In this document: piece after piece, positions 37,343-45,053 of the stretch | Numbering within the stretch: position 1 is the stretch's first letter | Layout: every line of letters starts with the position of its first letter | Origin: Escherichia phage Msk | DNA: 45,053 nucleotides | Sequence record: MW057918 | Direction: 5' to 3' (one strand) | Program-made: the position numbers and the translations under genes | Notes under the pieces: model-generated | What the model was told of the DNA's origin: nothing | Seen by the model: the letters and a program-made list of their open reading frames with translations, nothing else | The model's database searches: none

Positions 37343-37864
37343 ATGTCAAATCGCATTCAACCAGTAAGCCTTGGTGATGTTATCCGCTACATGGCTAAGC
37401 AGGCACTTAAGGCCGACAACAGGACTTTTCATGCTCCAATCAATCTTATAGCTCGCCAGGTTTACGGGCTAACGTCTGATGATATGGGTCGAATCAGCGC
37501 TGAGGATCTAGATAGTGGTGGCAAATACAGCCTGGCAAAGCTGAAGGCTTCATATGTCTCTAACACGGTTGCCAGGATGCCAGAAATTCAGGCGGCGAAC
37601 GTTCGGGCTAAGCTGTCAATCAAGGACGGAGACTTCGGGGATGATGTTGATGTTCGATGCGCATACATCACCTTGGTTGATGGGGCAATACAAACGGGAA
37701 GGAGAGTTAAAGCCAACAATCAGATTGCACAGAATGCGGTGAACGACTTCAAGGATAGAATCCTTAAGCTGATGCCATCTGTGACAGATTTTGAAGGAGA
37801 TGAGATTACAGGAGCAATCAAAGCAATCAAGATGTACCAAGAAATGATTAAGGAGACAAAATAA
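37343..37864 (+). CDS. Hypothetical protein
   Basis: 173-aa ORF, first gene after large AT-rich intergenic region. Confidence 0.45.
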   Translation: MSNRIQPVSLGDVIRYMAKQALKADNRTFHAPINLIARQVYGLTSDDMGRISAEDLDSGGKYSLAKLKASYVSNTVARMPEIQAANVRAKLSIKDGDFGDDVDVRCAYITLVDGAIQTGRRVKANNQIAQNAVNDFKDRILKLMPSVTDFEGDEITGAIKAIKMYQEMIKETK

Positions 37865-38283
37865 TGGGGATGTTTGATTTTAACGAAGATAAGCTGACTG
37901 ATGATGAGATTATGAAGATTGCCATGCGGGACGGGCTTCCACCGCTGCGGGTTGCTATCAATGCCAATGGCTATCGGTAATCACAGAGATTCTGGTGCAG
38001 TGTTGAGGAGTTGCTAAGCACAAAACTCAGCAGTAAGTTAGGTGTGGTTGTGCGCAAGATTCACGGTCAGAGCAGGAATGGTAAAGGGGTTGTAGGTATT
38101 CGATCAACATACGAAGTGCTGAGAAAGGTCCAGCCATTTGCAGGACTCGGCGGGGTCATGTATGACATGAAAAACAACATCCTGCCATCGCTACAGGACG
38201 CGGGAATCATCTGCTTAATAGGGGATAAGATTTACGTTCATCCATACGTAGTGGGCATGCATGCGATAGAAGTTGAAGAGTAG
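37864..38283 (+). pseudogene. Nonsense-mutated, internally deleted paralog of the 33102-34685 P-loop ATPase gene
   Basis: N-terminal 38 codons match MFDFNEDKL...PPLRVAINANGYR of the large gene then TAA where the large gene has Gln; same frame continues into a C-terminal segment matching NGKGVVGIRS...CLIGDK(V/I)Y. Confidence 0.6.
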
Positions 38284-38411
38284 TGCAAAGACTGGGATGA
38301 AGGTGAGCGCGCTAGTAGACTACCATACCACTTGCGGTACAGTGAGGAAGAGGTGGAGAAGGCCATCGAGTTCTTCCGGAAAGCGAAAGCTCTCCTGAAT
38401 GGTGAATATTA

Positions 38412-38627
38412 ATGCTTATAAAATGCGTTTACGTAAGGCAAGCCAATAGCCACAACCTTTCAGTTGTAAATGGCGGGATATACGTAGCTAAGCCAATACC
38501 TTGTTTTAATGGCTCATACCACATCAAGATTGATGACAATGAGTACATAGTAAAGACGGTAGGTGAAGCCCTCATGATAAAGAGCCTAGGTATCATAATG
38601 GCTAAATTCGAAATCGTTAGCAAATAG
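38412..38627 (+). CDS. Hypothetical small protein
   Basis: 71-aa ORF; stop codon lies inside motif copy at 38622-38641. Confidence 0.4.
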   Translation: MLIKCVYVRQANSHNLSVVNGGIYVAKPIPCFNGSYHIKIDDNEYIVKTVGEALMIKSLGIIMAKFEIVSK

Positions 38628-38668
38628 CACGAATTGCTAAACAATGGATCGGGTAGTCAGCTATGATT
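38622..38668 (+). promoter_or_regulatory. Motif-class promoter (CAAATAGCACGAATTGCTAAA, 22 bp, TATGAT)
   Basis: Perfect motif, hexamer at 38663-38668, leader taccccatcgacaacaaagagg. Confidence 0.5.
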
Positions 38669-38697
38669 ACCCCATCGACAACAAAGAGGAAATTAAG

Positions 38698-38886
38698 GTG
38701 ATTAACCTAACTGATGATGAGTGCATTGCTGTAATAAAGGTTTCTAAGTTGATGAGTCAAAGATTTGACACGCTTTCACTAAAGCATGGTTTTGCCTGGG
38801 AGATTTTTGATGATCATGTCAACCTGGATGACTTCATGTCAGCATCTATTAAGATTAAAGAATATATAAAAGAGGTGAGTGAATAA
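38698..38886 (+). CDS. Small ribbon-helix-helix-like protein, paralog 1 (GTG start)
   Basis: GTG after AAAGAGGAAA; INLTDDECIAVIK N-terminus resembles the two downstream paralogs; ATG at 38644 rejected because it sits between motif and -10. Confidence 0.35.
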   Translation: MINLTDDECIAVIKVSKLMSQRFDTLSLKHGFAWEIFDDHVNLDDFMSASIKIKEYIKEVSE

Positions 38887-38887
38887 G

Positions 38888-39079
38888 ATGATTACTATCA
38901 ACCTGTCAGAGGAGATGGCTGCCGACCTTCTTGATTCGCTAAGCCTGGTCAAAATTCGCTACGGAACTTACCACAGAAGCGAATCAGTAAAGGAGGTGGT
39001 AAAGCAAGTTAAGCAGCAGGTCGGAGTGGTCAAGATCGAATTGCAGAACACCCCATACGATTTTAAGAAAGGTGAATAA
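38888..39079 (+). CDS. Small ribbon-helix-helix-like protein, paralog 2
   Basis: ATG at 38888 after GAGGTGAG; N-terminus MITINLSEEMAADLLDSL has RHH-like beta-strand/helix pattern. Confidence 0.4.
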   Translation: MITINLSEEMAADLLDSLSLVKIRYGTYHRSESVKEVVKQVKQQVGVVKIELQNTPYDFKKGE

Positions 39080-39080
39080 G

Positions 39081-39299
39081 ATGATTACAATTAACCTGTC
39101 AGATAAGCAAGCAGCAGAACTGAAGTCCATGCTGTCAATCTTTGAGAAGCCAAATGACCGAGCAATTTCAAAAGAGGTTATTACTCAAATCAACAACCAG
39201 CAATTCGACGTAAGTGACTTCGAGTCATCACGACAGTACGAGGCGCTTAGCGTCAATGCGGCATACCTGACTAATTGGGATAAGGCGACTAATAAATGA
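39081..39299 (+). CDS. Small ribbon-helix-helix-like protein, paralog 3
   Basis: Identical start context AGGTGAATAAGATGATTAC; N-terminus MITINLSDKQAAELKSML. Confidence 0.4.
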   Translation: MITINLSDKQAAELKSMLSIFEKPNDRAISKEVITQINNQQFDVSDFESSRQYEALSVNAAYLTNWDKATNK

Positions 39300-39525
39300 T
39301 TCTAAATGTTGATTTTGCAAGCTCCAGAGCTTGTAATATTTTGGATTCCGACGCGGCATGAAGTTGATTGCTGTAGTAAACGAACGCGGAATCCTCACAG
39401 TTAAATAACCGAAGACTGGCGTGCATATGCACGTAAAAGAAAATGGCGGAAGAGTTTTTATCAGATCAATGTCTGGTGAAACAATGGTAGCATCCTCAAA
39501 AATATAAGTACAAGGCGAATAAGAA

Positions 39526-39669
39526 ATGATTTACATCCATACATACTACACTGGTAAGTTTAACAGCGTTAAGCACGTTCGAGTGTACGAGGGGTTTCAT
39601 AAAGCATTTGAGCAGCAGAGGGTTCTTGGTGGAACTATTAAGTGGTGTGAAGTTGTCAAAGAATGCTAA
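39526..39669 (+). CDS. Hypothetical small protein (47 aa)
   Basis: ATG with AAGGCGAATAAGAA upstream; stop overlaps motif; preferred over antisense ORF 39496-39708. Confidence 0.3.
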   Translation: MIYIHTYYTGKFNSVKHVRVYEGFHKAFEQQRVLGGTIKWCEVVKEC

Positions 39670-39713
39670 ATAGCACGAATTGCTAAACGCAGTCGCCACG
39701 GATGGCATATAAT
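39668..39713 (+). promoter_or_regulatory. Motif-class promoter (AAATAGCACGAATTGCTAAA, 22 bp, TATAAT)
   Basis: Perfect motif and perfect -10 hexamer at 39708-39713; leader tacccagtcaacacaaagagag. Confidence 0.55.
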
Positions 39714-39743
39714 TACCCAGTCAACACAAAGAGAGATTGAGAA

Positions 39744-39914
39744 ATGTTAACGATAATGATGACTAACCTTGAGTTAAATGAATTCAGCATTCTAGCTTTT
39801 ATTATGCCAATACTGCTAATTCTTCCATTCGCTGCGTACGTCGTAATGAAAGATAATGCAGAGTGGAAGCGGATTGATAAGAAAATCAAAGAAGCAACGC
39901 ACAGGAATAAGTAA
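39744..39914 (+). CDS. Small membrane protein
   Basis: 56-aa ORF with hydrophobic core FSILAFIMPILLILPFAAYVV. Confidence 0.35.
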   Translation: MLTIMMTNLELNEFSILAFIMPILLILPFAAYVVMKDNAEWKRIDKKIKEATHRNK

Positions 39915-39915
39915 A

Positions 39916-40155
39916 ATGTTCGGACTAAATGAAGCTATGTTTAATGCAGTAAAGCGCCAGGCTAAAAAGCTCAACGATAAGTATGAGTCATTAAGCAAGC
40001 TTGACCGCAAGAATGATAAGTTAGTTGCGGGTATAATCACTGAGATTTGGCAACCAGTTTCTACAGTTATTAGCAGGGATCGATTTGTGTGGGTAGCCGG
40101 GTATCTCAAAGGTCGAGTTGGTCATGACGAGAATGGGAATAGCCTTTATGAGTGA
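39916..40155 (+). CDS. Hypothetical protein
   Basis: Start at internal Met MFGLNEAMF; ORF-track 5' extension overlaps upstream gene. Confidence 0.35.
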   Translation: MFGLNEAMFNAVKRQAKKLNDKYESLSKLDRKNDKLVAGIITEIWQPVSTVISRDRFVWVAGYLKGRVGHDENGNSLYE

Positions 40156-40478
40156 GTTAACAATCTGGTTTATCGCGGGACTGATTGCTTGGGGTTACTT
40201 TTTAATCGTTTAGATGAGATTGTTAAAAAGAGCTTGCATCACTGACCGGAATTATCTAACATTAACAACGTAGACAAACGAGGCCACCAAGTGGCAACGG
40301 CGCACGGAGCGAACTACACGGTAAGCCCGCTGTTCATTAAGTAGCATATGCGGCACATTGGACCAAGAGGATAAGGCGTAAACCTCAACCCTTATGGGAC
40401 TTGGAAGACCTAGCGCAAATAGGCAGATTAACCGGCTGTATCAGGCAGCCCCGGAGCCGTAACCGGGACTCATTCAAA

Positions 40479-40556
40479 GCTCCGCTAGCTCAATTGGATA
40501 GCAGCAACGACCTTCTAAGTCGTAGGTTACTGGTTCGAGGCCAGTGCGGAGCGCCA
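40479..40556 (+). tRNA. tRNA-Arg (anticodon UCU)
   Basis: Cloverleaf by eye: acceptor GCTCCGC/GCGGAGC, anticodon stem ACGAC/GTCGT with loop CTTCTAA, T-arm ACTGG-TTCGAGG-CCAGT, discriminator G and encoded CCA. Confidence 0.75.
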
Positions 40557-40582
40557 AATTTAACCAATAATCCTGGGGGATT

Positions 40583-40769
40583 CATGAAAATTGTAACATT
40601 CATCGTGAAAGATTCAGAAACAGGTTCCGTTCAGAAGTTTAACGCAAAGATGGACTTCACGGAAACCCGAGTGGTCAAAGGATCACTTAATGGAGTTTCT
40701 GTATCCGCGCAGCTTCCGCATGGTTTTGATTACTTATTCGGAAAACAATCAGCAAATGACGATGAGTAG
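40583..40769 (+). CDS. Hypothetical small protein
   Basis: ATG at 40583 after GGGGGATT; longer ORF-track version overlaps the tRNA. Confidence 0.35.
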
Positions 40770-40953
40770 CTTGTGGGATGTGAAGTTGTCCATTCGCTTA
40801 ATGGGCCGCTCGTGCAAGAATTGCACTCAAGATTACATCGCGTCAGTTGCCGCAATCAGCGCTGAGGATGCGGTAGCGAAAGTAAAGAGTATGTCAGGAG
40901 CTGCCCCTGATACTCACAAATTCCTGGTAGCTTACGTTCGTGAGCGAAAGTAA
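40756..40953 (+). CDS. Hypothetical small protein
   Basis: Overlapping coupled start; 65 aa. Confidence 0.3.
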   Translation: MTMSSLWDVKLSIRLMGRSCKNCTQDYIASVAAISAEDAVAKVKSMSGAAPDTHKFLVAYVRERK

Positions 40954-40996
40954 AAAGCGTTATACCCTCGTTAAGTTTCGTTTCTCTCGTTGTTTT

Positions 40997-41023
40997 TAGC
41001 CCTCGCTTGAGGGCTTTTTTTCG
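40997..41023 (+). terminator. Rho-independent terminator
   Basis: agccctcgcttgagggcttttttt. Confidence 0.7.
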
Positions 41024-41064
41024 TCTGTAATATGGTATAATCTGACCTCAACAAAGGAGGATTT

Positions 41065-41571
41065 ATGAGCAAAGCAGCATTAAAGATTGGTGAGGGAAAC
41101 TTCAAGGCGCTCTACAACAAGAAGTATGGCGATATTGCTATGGTCGCAATCAACCGTAAGTACACGCCCGAGGAGGTATTTGACTTTGCAGTGAGATACT
41201 TTTCATGGGCTGAGAATGAGGCAATCAAGGCCATTGAGACGGCTGCATTCCAGGGTGTGGTTAGCGAGAGCCTGGTTCACAAGCCTCGAGTGTTCACCTT
41301 AACTGGCCTGGCGCTATTTATGGGTGTCAATATCAATAGATTCGCTCGCTGGCGTACTGAGGCTGGTTACTCTGACGTGATGGAATTCATTGATAACGTA
41401 ATTTATGAGCAGAAGTATCAGCTTGGCGTTGCAGGCATCATCAACTCCACAATCGTTGGTAAAGAGTTAGGGATTGATAAGCCGCAGGAGATTACCATTA
41501 GCAACAACTCCACAGCTAACGACGTTGATAGCATGAAGGAAGCGCTGGAGTCTGTGATTAGTAAGTTATAA
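41065..41571 (+). CDS. Terminase small subunit
   Basis: 168-aa ORF immediately upstream of large terminase with strong SD AAAGGAGG; assignment by position. Confidence 0.45.
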   Translation: MSKAALKIGEGNFKALYNKKYGDIAMVAINRKYTPEEVFDFAVRYFSWAENEAIKAIETAAFQGVVSESLVHKPRVFTLTGLALFMGVNINRFARWRTEAGYSDVMEFIDNVIYEQKYQLGVAGIINSTIVGKELGIDKPQEITISNNSTANDVDSMKEALESVISKL

Positions 41572-41589
41572 CAATAAGAGGGTATAACA

Positions 41590-43155
41590 ATGTCTTTAGT
41601 GTGGGAAGAAATGACCATTCAGGAGAAGATGGCGGTTAAGGCTATATCAGAACACAGCTTCGAGGGTTTCCTTCGGTGCTGGTTTTCAATAACCCAGGGA
41701 GAACGATACATCCCTAACTGGCATCACAAGTACTTGTGCAGAATCATTGACGAGATTATCGCAGGAGAGCGCAAGGATACCATCATTAACATAGCGCCGG
41801 GCAGCGGAAAGACGGAAATCGCTTCAATACACTTCCCGGCATACTCGATGGTTAAGCTGAAGAAGGTGAGGAATCTTAACATCTCATTTGCCGACTCCCT
41901 TGTAAAGCGCAACTCGAAACGCGTACGTGACCTTATCAAGTCTCAAGAATTTCAATCACTCTGGCCTTGCAAGTTTGGCACATGCAAGGATGATGAGCTT
42001 CAGGTTCTTGATGAGAGCGGAAAGGTTAGGTTTGAGTCAATATCAAAGGCGGCTGGAGGCCAGATTACTGGTGCTCGCGGTGGCTACATAACTGAAAATT
42101 ACAGTGGTGCGGTGTTGTTAGATGATTTCGATAAGCCCGCAGATATGCTTTCTCCGGTTTATCGAGCTAATAACCACGTAATGCTCAAGAACACAATTCG
42201 ATCACGTCGCGCTAGCTCTGTAAAAGGAAAAGCGACACCAATCATTTCGATACAGCAGCGTCTGCACGTCAATGACTCAACCTGGTTCATGATGGAAGGT
42301 GGGATGGGCATCGATTTTGACTTGATTAAGATACCAGCGCTAGTTACTGAGGATTACATCGACTCGCTCCCTGACTGGATTAAAGAGCAGTTTGCGGAAG
42401 ACGTTTTAAGCAGTGAGTACATTGAGAGAGATGGCGTAAAGTACTATAGCTACTTCCCAAAAAAGGAGTCAGTAAACGACCTGGTTGCGATGTGGGATAG
42501 TGACCCGTACACTTTTCTCAGCCAGTATCAACAAGAACCAGTAGCACTTGGTGGCAATCTGATTAACGTAGACTGGTTCCAGCGTCTTAGTGATACATTC
42601 AGGCATCCAGCCAAGTACGATTATAGATTTATAACTTGCGATACTGCGATGACCACAAAGAGTTATAGTGACTTCTCTGTACTTCAGTTGTGGGGATATA
42701 AGGATGCTAAGATTTACCTGATAGACCAGCGCAGGGGTAAATGGGAGGCTCCAGAATTAGAGGCTGAATTACTTGACTTCGAGAAGAAATCAAGGGCAAC
42801 CAGTCAGTCAGATGGCATCCTACGAAAAATCATTATCGAGAAGAAAGCCTCTGGTATCGGCTTGATTCAATCTGCAGGCAGGGTAATGCGAACTCCGATA
42901 GAGCCATACGTACCGGATAGCGACAAGCTGACTCGCGTGATGAGCGCGTTACCACAGATCAAGGCTGGTAACGTCGTCCTTCCAGAGTCTGCGCCATGGC
43001 TAAATGGATTGCTTACGGAGGTTGCGGCTTTTACGGCAGATGACTCGCATAAGCACGACGACCAAATTGACTGTCTAACAATGGCAGTAAACCTTGTTCT
43101 CAATATCGCGGATGATCCTAAGGCACGACTAATGCGCATAGCGGGAATTAAATAG
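41590..43155 (+). CDS. Terminase large subunit
   Basis: 521 aa; P-loop-like GSGKTE, acidic Walker B-like VLLDDFD, C-terminal nuclease-like acidic residues; followed by portal. Confidence 0.8.
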   Translation: MSLVWEEMTIQEKMAVKAISEHSFEGFLRCWFSITQGERYIPNWHHKYLCRIIDEIIAGERKDTIINIAPGSGKTEIASIHFPAYSMVKLKKVRNLNISFADSLVKRNSKRVRDLIKSQEFQSLWPCKFGTCKDDELQVLDESGKVRFESISKAAGGQITGARGGYITENYSGAVLLDDFDKPADMLSPVYRANNHVMLKNTIRSRRASSVKGKATPIISIQQRLHVNDSTWFMMEGGMGIDFDLIKIPALVTEDYIDSLPDWIKEQFAEDVLSSEYIERDGVKYYSYFPKKESVNDLVAMWDSDPYTFLSQYQQEPVALGGNLINVDWFQRLSDTFRHPAKYDYRFITCDTAMTTKSYSDFSVLQLWGYKDAKIYLIDQRRGKWEAPELEAELLDFEKKSRATSQSDGILRKIIIEKKASGIGLIQSAGRVMRTPIEPYVPDSDKLTRVMSALPQIKAGNVVLPESAPWLNGLLTEVAAFTADDSHKHDDQIDCLTMAVNLVLNIADDPKARLMRIAGIK

Positions 43156-43166
43156 CCGTGATAAAC

Positions 43167-43192
43167 TAAGCCCCTATATGGGGATTTTCTAT
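43167..43192 (+). terminator. Hairpin with U-run between terminase and portal genes
   Basis: aagcccctatatggggatttt, near-identical to 9899-9922. Confidence 0.45.
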
Positions 43193-43203
43193 TGGAGAAA
43201 AAC

Positions 43204-44472
43204 ATGGTTAAGACAGACAGCTACGCCAATATCTTTCTAGGCGGCAGTGATGGTAGTGAGATTTACGGGAGTTTGCAGAGCCAATCCCCTACAATTCTGG
43301 CTTCGCTTTATGCGGACAATGCGCTGGTGCGTCGAATCATCGACACAATCCCGGAAACAGCACTAGCGGCAGGATTCCACATTGATGGAATTGATGATGA
43401 GCCTGCATTCTGGTCGCGCTGGGACTATCTAGAACTAACAAAGCACATCAATGAAGCCTGGTCGTGGGCTAGATTGTTCGGTGGGGCAGCAATTGTTGCT
43501 ATCGTTAAGGACAATAGAGCTCTAACAAGCCCGGTCAGAGAAGGGGCGGAACTTGAAACCGTTCGCGTTTACGACCGTACTCAAGTAAAAGTACAAACTC
43601 GCGAAGAGAATCCCCGCAACGCACGTTTTGGCAAGCCACTAACCTATCGCGTCACCACTAATGAGAGCGATATGTTCTATGATGTGCACTACAGCCGAAT
43701 TCACATCATTGACGGAGAGCGAATCCCTAACGTAATGCGTCGGCAGAATGATGGCTGGGGCCGCAGCGTTCTTTCCAGTGACATTCTTGACTCAATCAAG
43801 GATTACACCAACTGCGAAAGACTCGCCACCCAACTACTGAGACGAAAGCAGCAAGCAGTGTGGAAAGCCAAAGGTCTGGCTGAGTTGTGTGATGATAGCG
43901 AGGGATTTGGTGCCGCAAGGTTGCGCCTAGCACAGGTTGATAACAATAGCGGCGTTGGTCAGGCGATTGGCATTGACGCGGAATCTGAAGAGTATAGCAT
44001 CCTAAACTCTGATATTGGCGGGATTGATGCGTTCCTGGATAAGAAGTTTGACAGAATCGTTGCACTGAGCGGCATTCATGAGATTATCCTGAAGAATAAG
44101 AACGTTGGCGGCGTATCATCAAGTCAGAACACCGCATTGGAGACATTCCATAAACTAGTCGATCGCAAGCGTAACGCTGAACTACTGCCGATTCTCGGGT
44201 TCCTGATTCCGTTCATTTCAGACGAGCAAGAATGGTCAGTGGAGTTTAATCCCCTAGCGCAGGAATCAAGTAAGGATAAGGCCGAGATTCTTGAGAAGAA
44301 CGTAAACAGCATTGCGACACTAATTGCAGCTGGCGCTATGGACATTGACGAAGCTAGGGATACATTGCGCACAATCGCTCCAGAGGTTAAGATTAGTGAC
44401 GGTTCAGTAGAAACAGAGGTGACAATTAGTGAAGCCAGTAATGACCCGCTGGAAGTACCCACAGACAATTGA
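43204..44472 (+). CDS. Portal protein
   Basis: ATG at 43204 after GGAGAAA; about 420 aa following TerL; assignment by position and size. Confidence 0.6.
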   Translation: MVKTDSYANIFLGGSDGSEIYGSLQSQSPTILASLYADNALVRRIIDTIPETALAAGFHIDGIDDEPAFWSRWDYLELTKHINEAWSWARLFGGAAIVAIVKDNRALTSPVREGAELETVRVYDRTQVKVQTREENPRNARFGKPLTYRVTTNESDMFYDVHYSRIHIIDGERIPNVMRRQNDGWGRSVLSSDILDSIKDYTNCERLATQLLRRKQQAVWKAKGLAELCDDSEGFGAARLRLAQVDNNSGVGQAIGIDAESEEYSILNSDIGGIDAFLDKKFDRIVALSGIHEIILKNKNVGGVSSSQNTALETFHKLVDRKRNAELLPILGFLIPFISDEQEWSVEFNPLAQESSKDKAEILEKNVNSIATLIAAGAMDIDEARDTLRTIAPEVKISDGSVETEVTISEASNDPLEVPTDN

Positions 44473-45053
44473 GAGCCAGGTAAACCGCAATCTTAGCATT
44501 GCGGTAACTGAGCTAATTTCAGCAATGAGGGAATCAGCAACAAGACTTAAAATTGATACTGCAGAGGAGCTGGAGGAAGAGGATGGATATCTTGACGGGA
44601 TAATTGCGGCGCTGGTGGCTTCATTTATATCAACAATCCCAACCATAGGTGCAGCTATATACAGATACAATAGCTCGCAATTTCTTGTGCTTGCAATCAA
44701 GACTGGCGGGAGGTCAAACCCTAGCGTTCTAGACCTTGAAGTTAATGGCATCAATGGCGATGAGCCGTGGTATAATGATGACCTTAATCAGTGGGTTTAC
44801 ACCACAAACAAGTCAGTGATTAAATTGCTGAATAACATTAAAGATGACTTTTTGCAGACGGCGTCAACAATCCAGAATGGGGACTACGTTAAGTTATCCG
44901 ATAGGTACAAAACATACAGGAAGCGAACGGCAAACATTGCATCTGGAATTGTCTCAAGTCTGAACTCAACACTTATGAGACGTAGGCTTGAGGATGCTGG
45001 TGTTAGCCGATACGTCTGGCATGGAATGCTAGATGAAAGAGAGCGCCAATCTC
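44441..45053 (+). CDS. Head morphogenesis protein (Mu F / SPP1 gp7-like), 3' end beyond window
   Basis: Frame open from 44423 to window end; ATG at 44441 (alternative 44525); follows portal as in many siphophages. Confidence 0.4.
   Translation, partial: MTRWKYPQTIESQVNRNLSIAVTELISAMRESATRLKIDTAEELEEEDGYLDGIIAALVASFISTIPTIGAAIYRYNSSQFLVLAIKTGGRSNPSVLDLEVNGINGDEPWYNDDLNQWVYTTNKSVIKLLNNIKDDFLQTASTIQNGDYVKLSDRYKTYRKRTANIASGIVSSLNSTLMRRRLEDAGVSRYVWHGMLDERERQS

Noticed and set aside
38644-38886. ATG at 38644 as start of the first RHH-like gene
   Set aside because: That ATG lies between the promoter motif and its -10 hexamer. A GTG at 38698 with AAAGAGGAAA SD, aligned with the leader and start of the paralogous units, is preferred.
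39496-39708. Minus-strand 70-aa ORF
   Set aside because: It overlaps a plus-strand ORF (39526-39669) that has an SD and sits in the plus-strand operon, and it runs antisense through a promoter motif.
40401-40769. 122-aa ORF from the six-frame track
   Set aside because: Its 5' two-thirds overlap the tRNA-Arg gene and its upstream hairpin region. A shorter ORF starting at ATG 40583 with an SD is retained instead.

Overview
This window reads as a nearly complete genome of a virulent, T1-like (Drexlerviridae-type) siphophage of an enterobacterial host; no integrase or repressor is visible. All calls are from reading the sequence and ORF translations by eye; no database search was run, so family names are motif-level inferences. 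Layout: packaging genes at the right end (TerS, TerL, portal, 3'-truncated head-morphogenesis gene); head genes at 151-5468; a lambda-like tail cluster (G/G-T frameshift chaperones, tape measure, M/L/K/I/J homologues) to 15479; then a convergent unit of RBP-like protein, Cor/Llp-like lipoprotein and beta-class DNA methyltransferase. Next comes a recombination/replication module (PD-(D/E)xK exonuclease, ERF-like annealing protein, SSB, primase, SF2 helicase, VRR-NUC) that is interrupted by an opposite-strand pectate-lyase-type tailspike. After it are nucleotide-metabolism-like genes (HTH-metallophosphoesterase, HAD phosphatase, dNMP-kinase-like), a T1-type lysis cassette (holin, SAR endolysin, unimolecular spanin), a block of small early-type genes on both strands, and a tRNA-Arg(UCU). 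The most notable non-coding signal is a conserved ~20-bp motif (AAATAGCACGAATTGCTAAA, imperfect inverted repeat) present in about 14 copies, usually exactly 22 bp upstream of a TATAAT-like hexamer and a conserved leader, which looks like an activator-dependent or phage-specific promoter family. Other findings: two homologous AT-rich intergenic regions with a (TTA)n microsatellite, a duplicated promoter/iteron block at 27.1-27.4 kb, a nonsense-mutated internally deleted paralog of a large P-loop ATPase gene, a perfect 84-bp tandem duplication inside the tailspike gene, and an in-frame TAA splitting a head decoration-like ORF.
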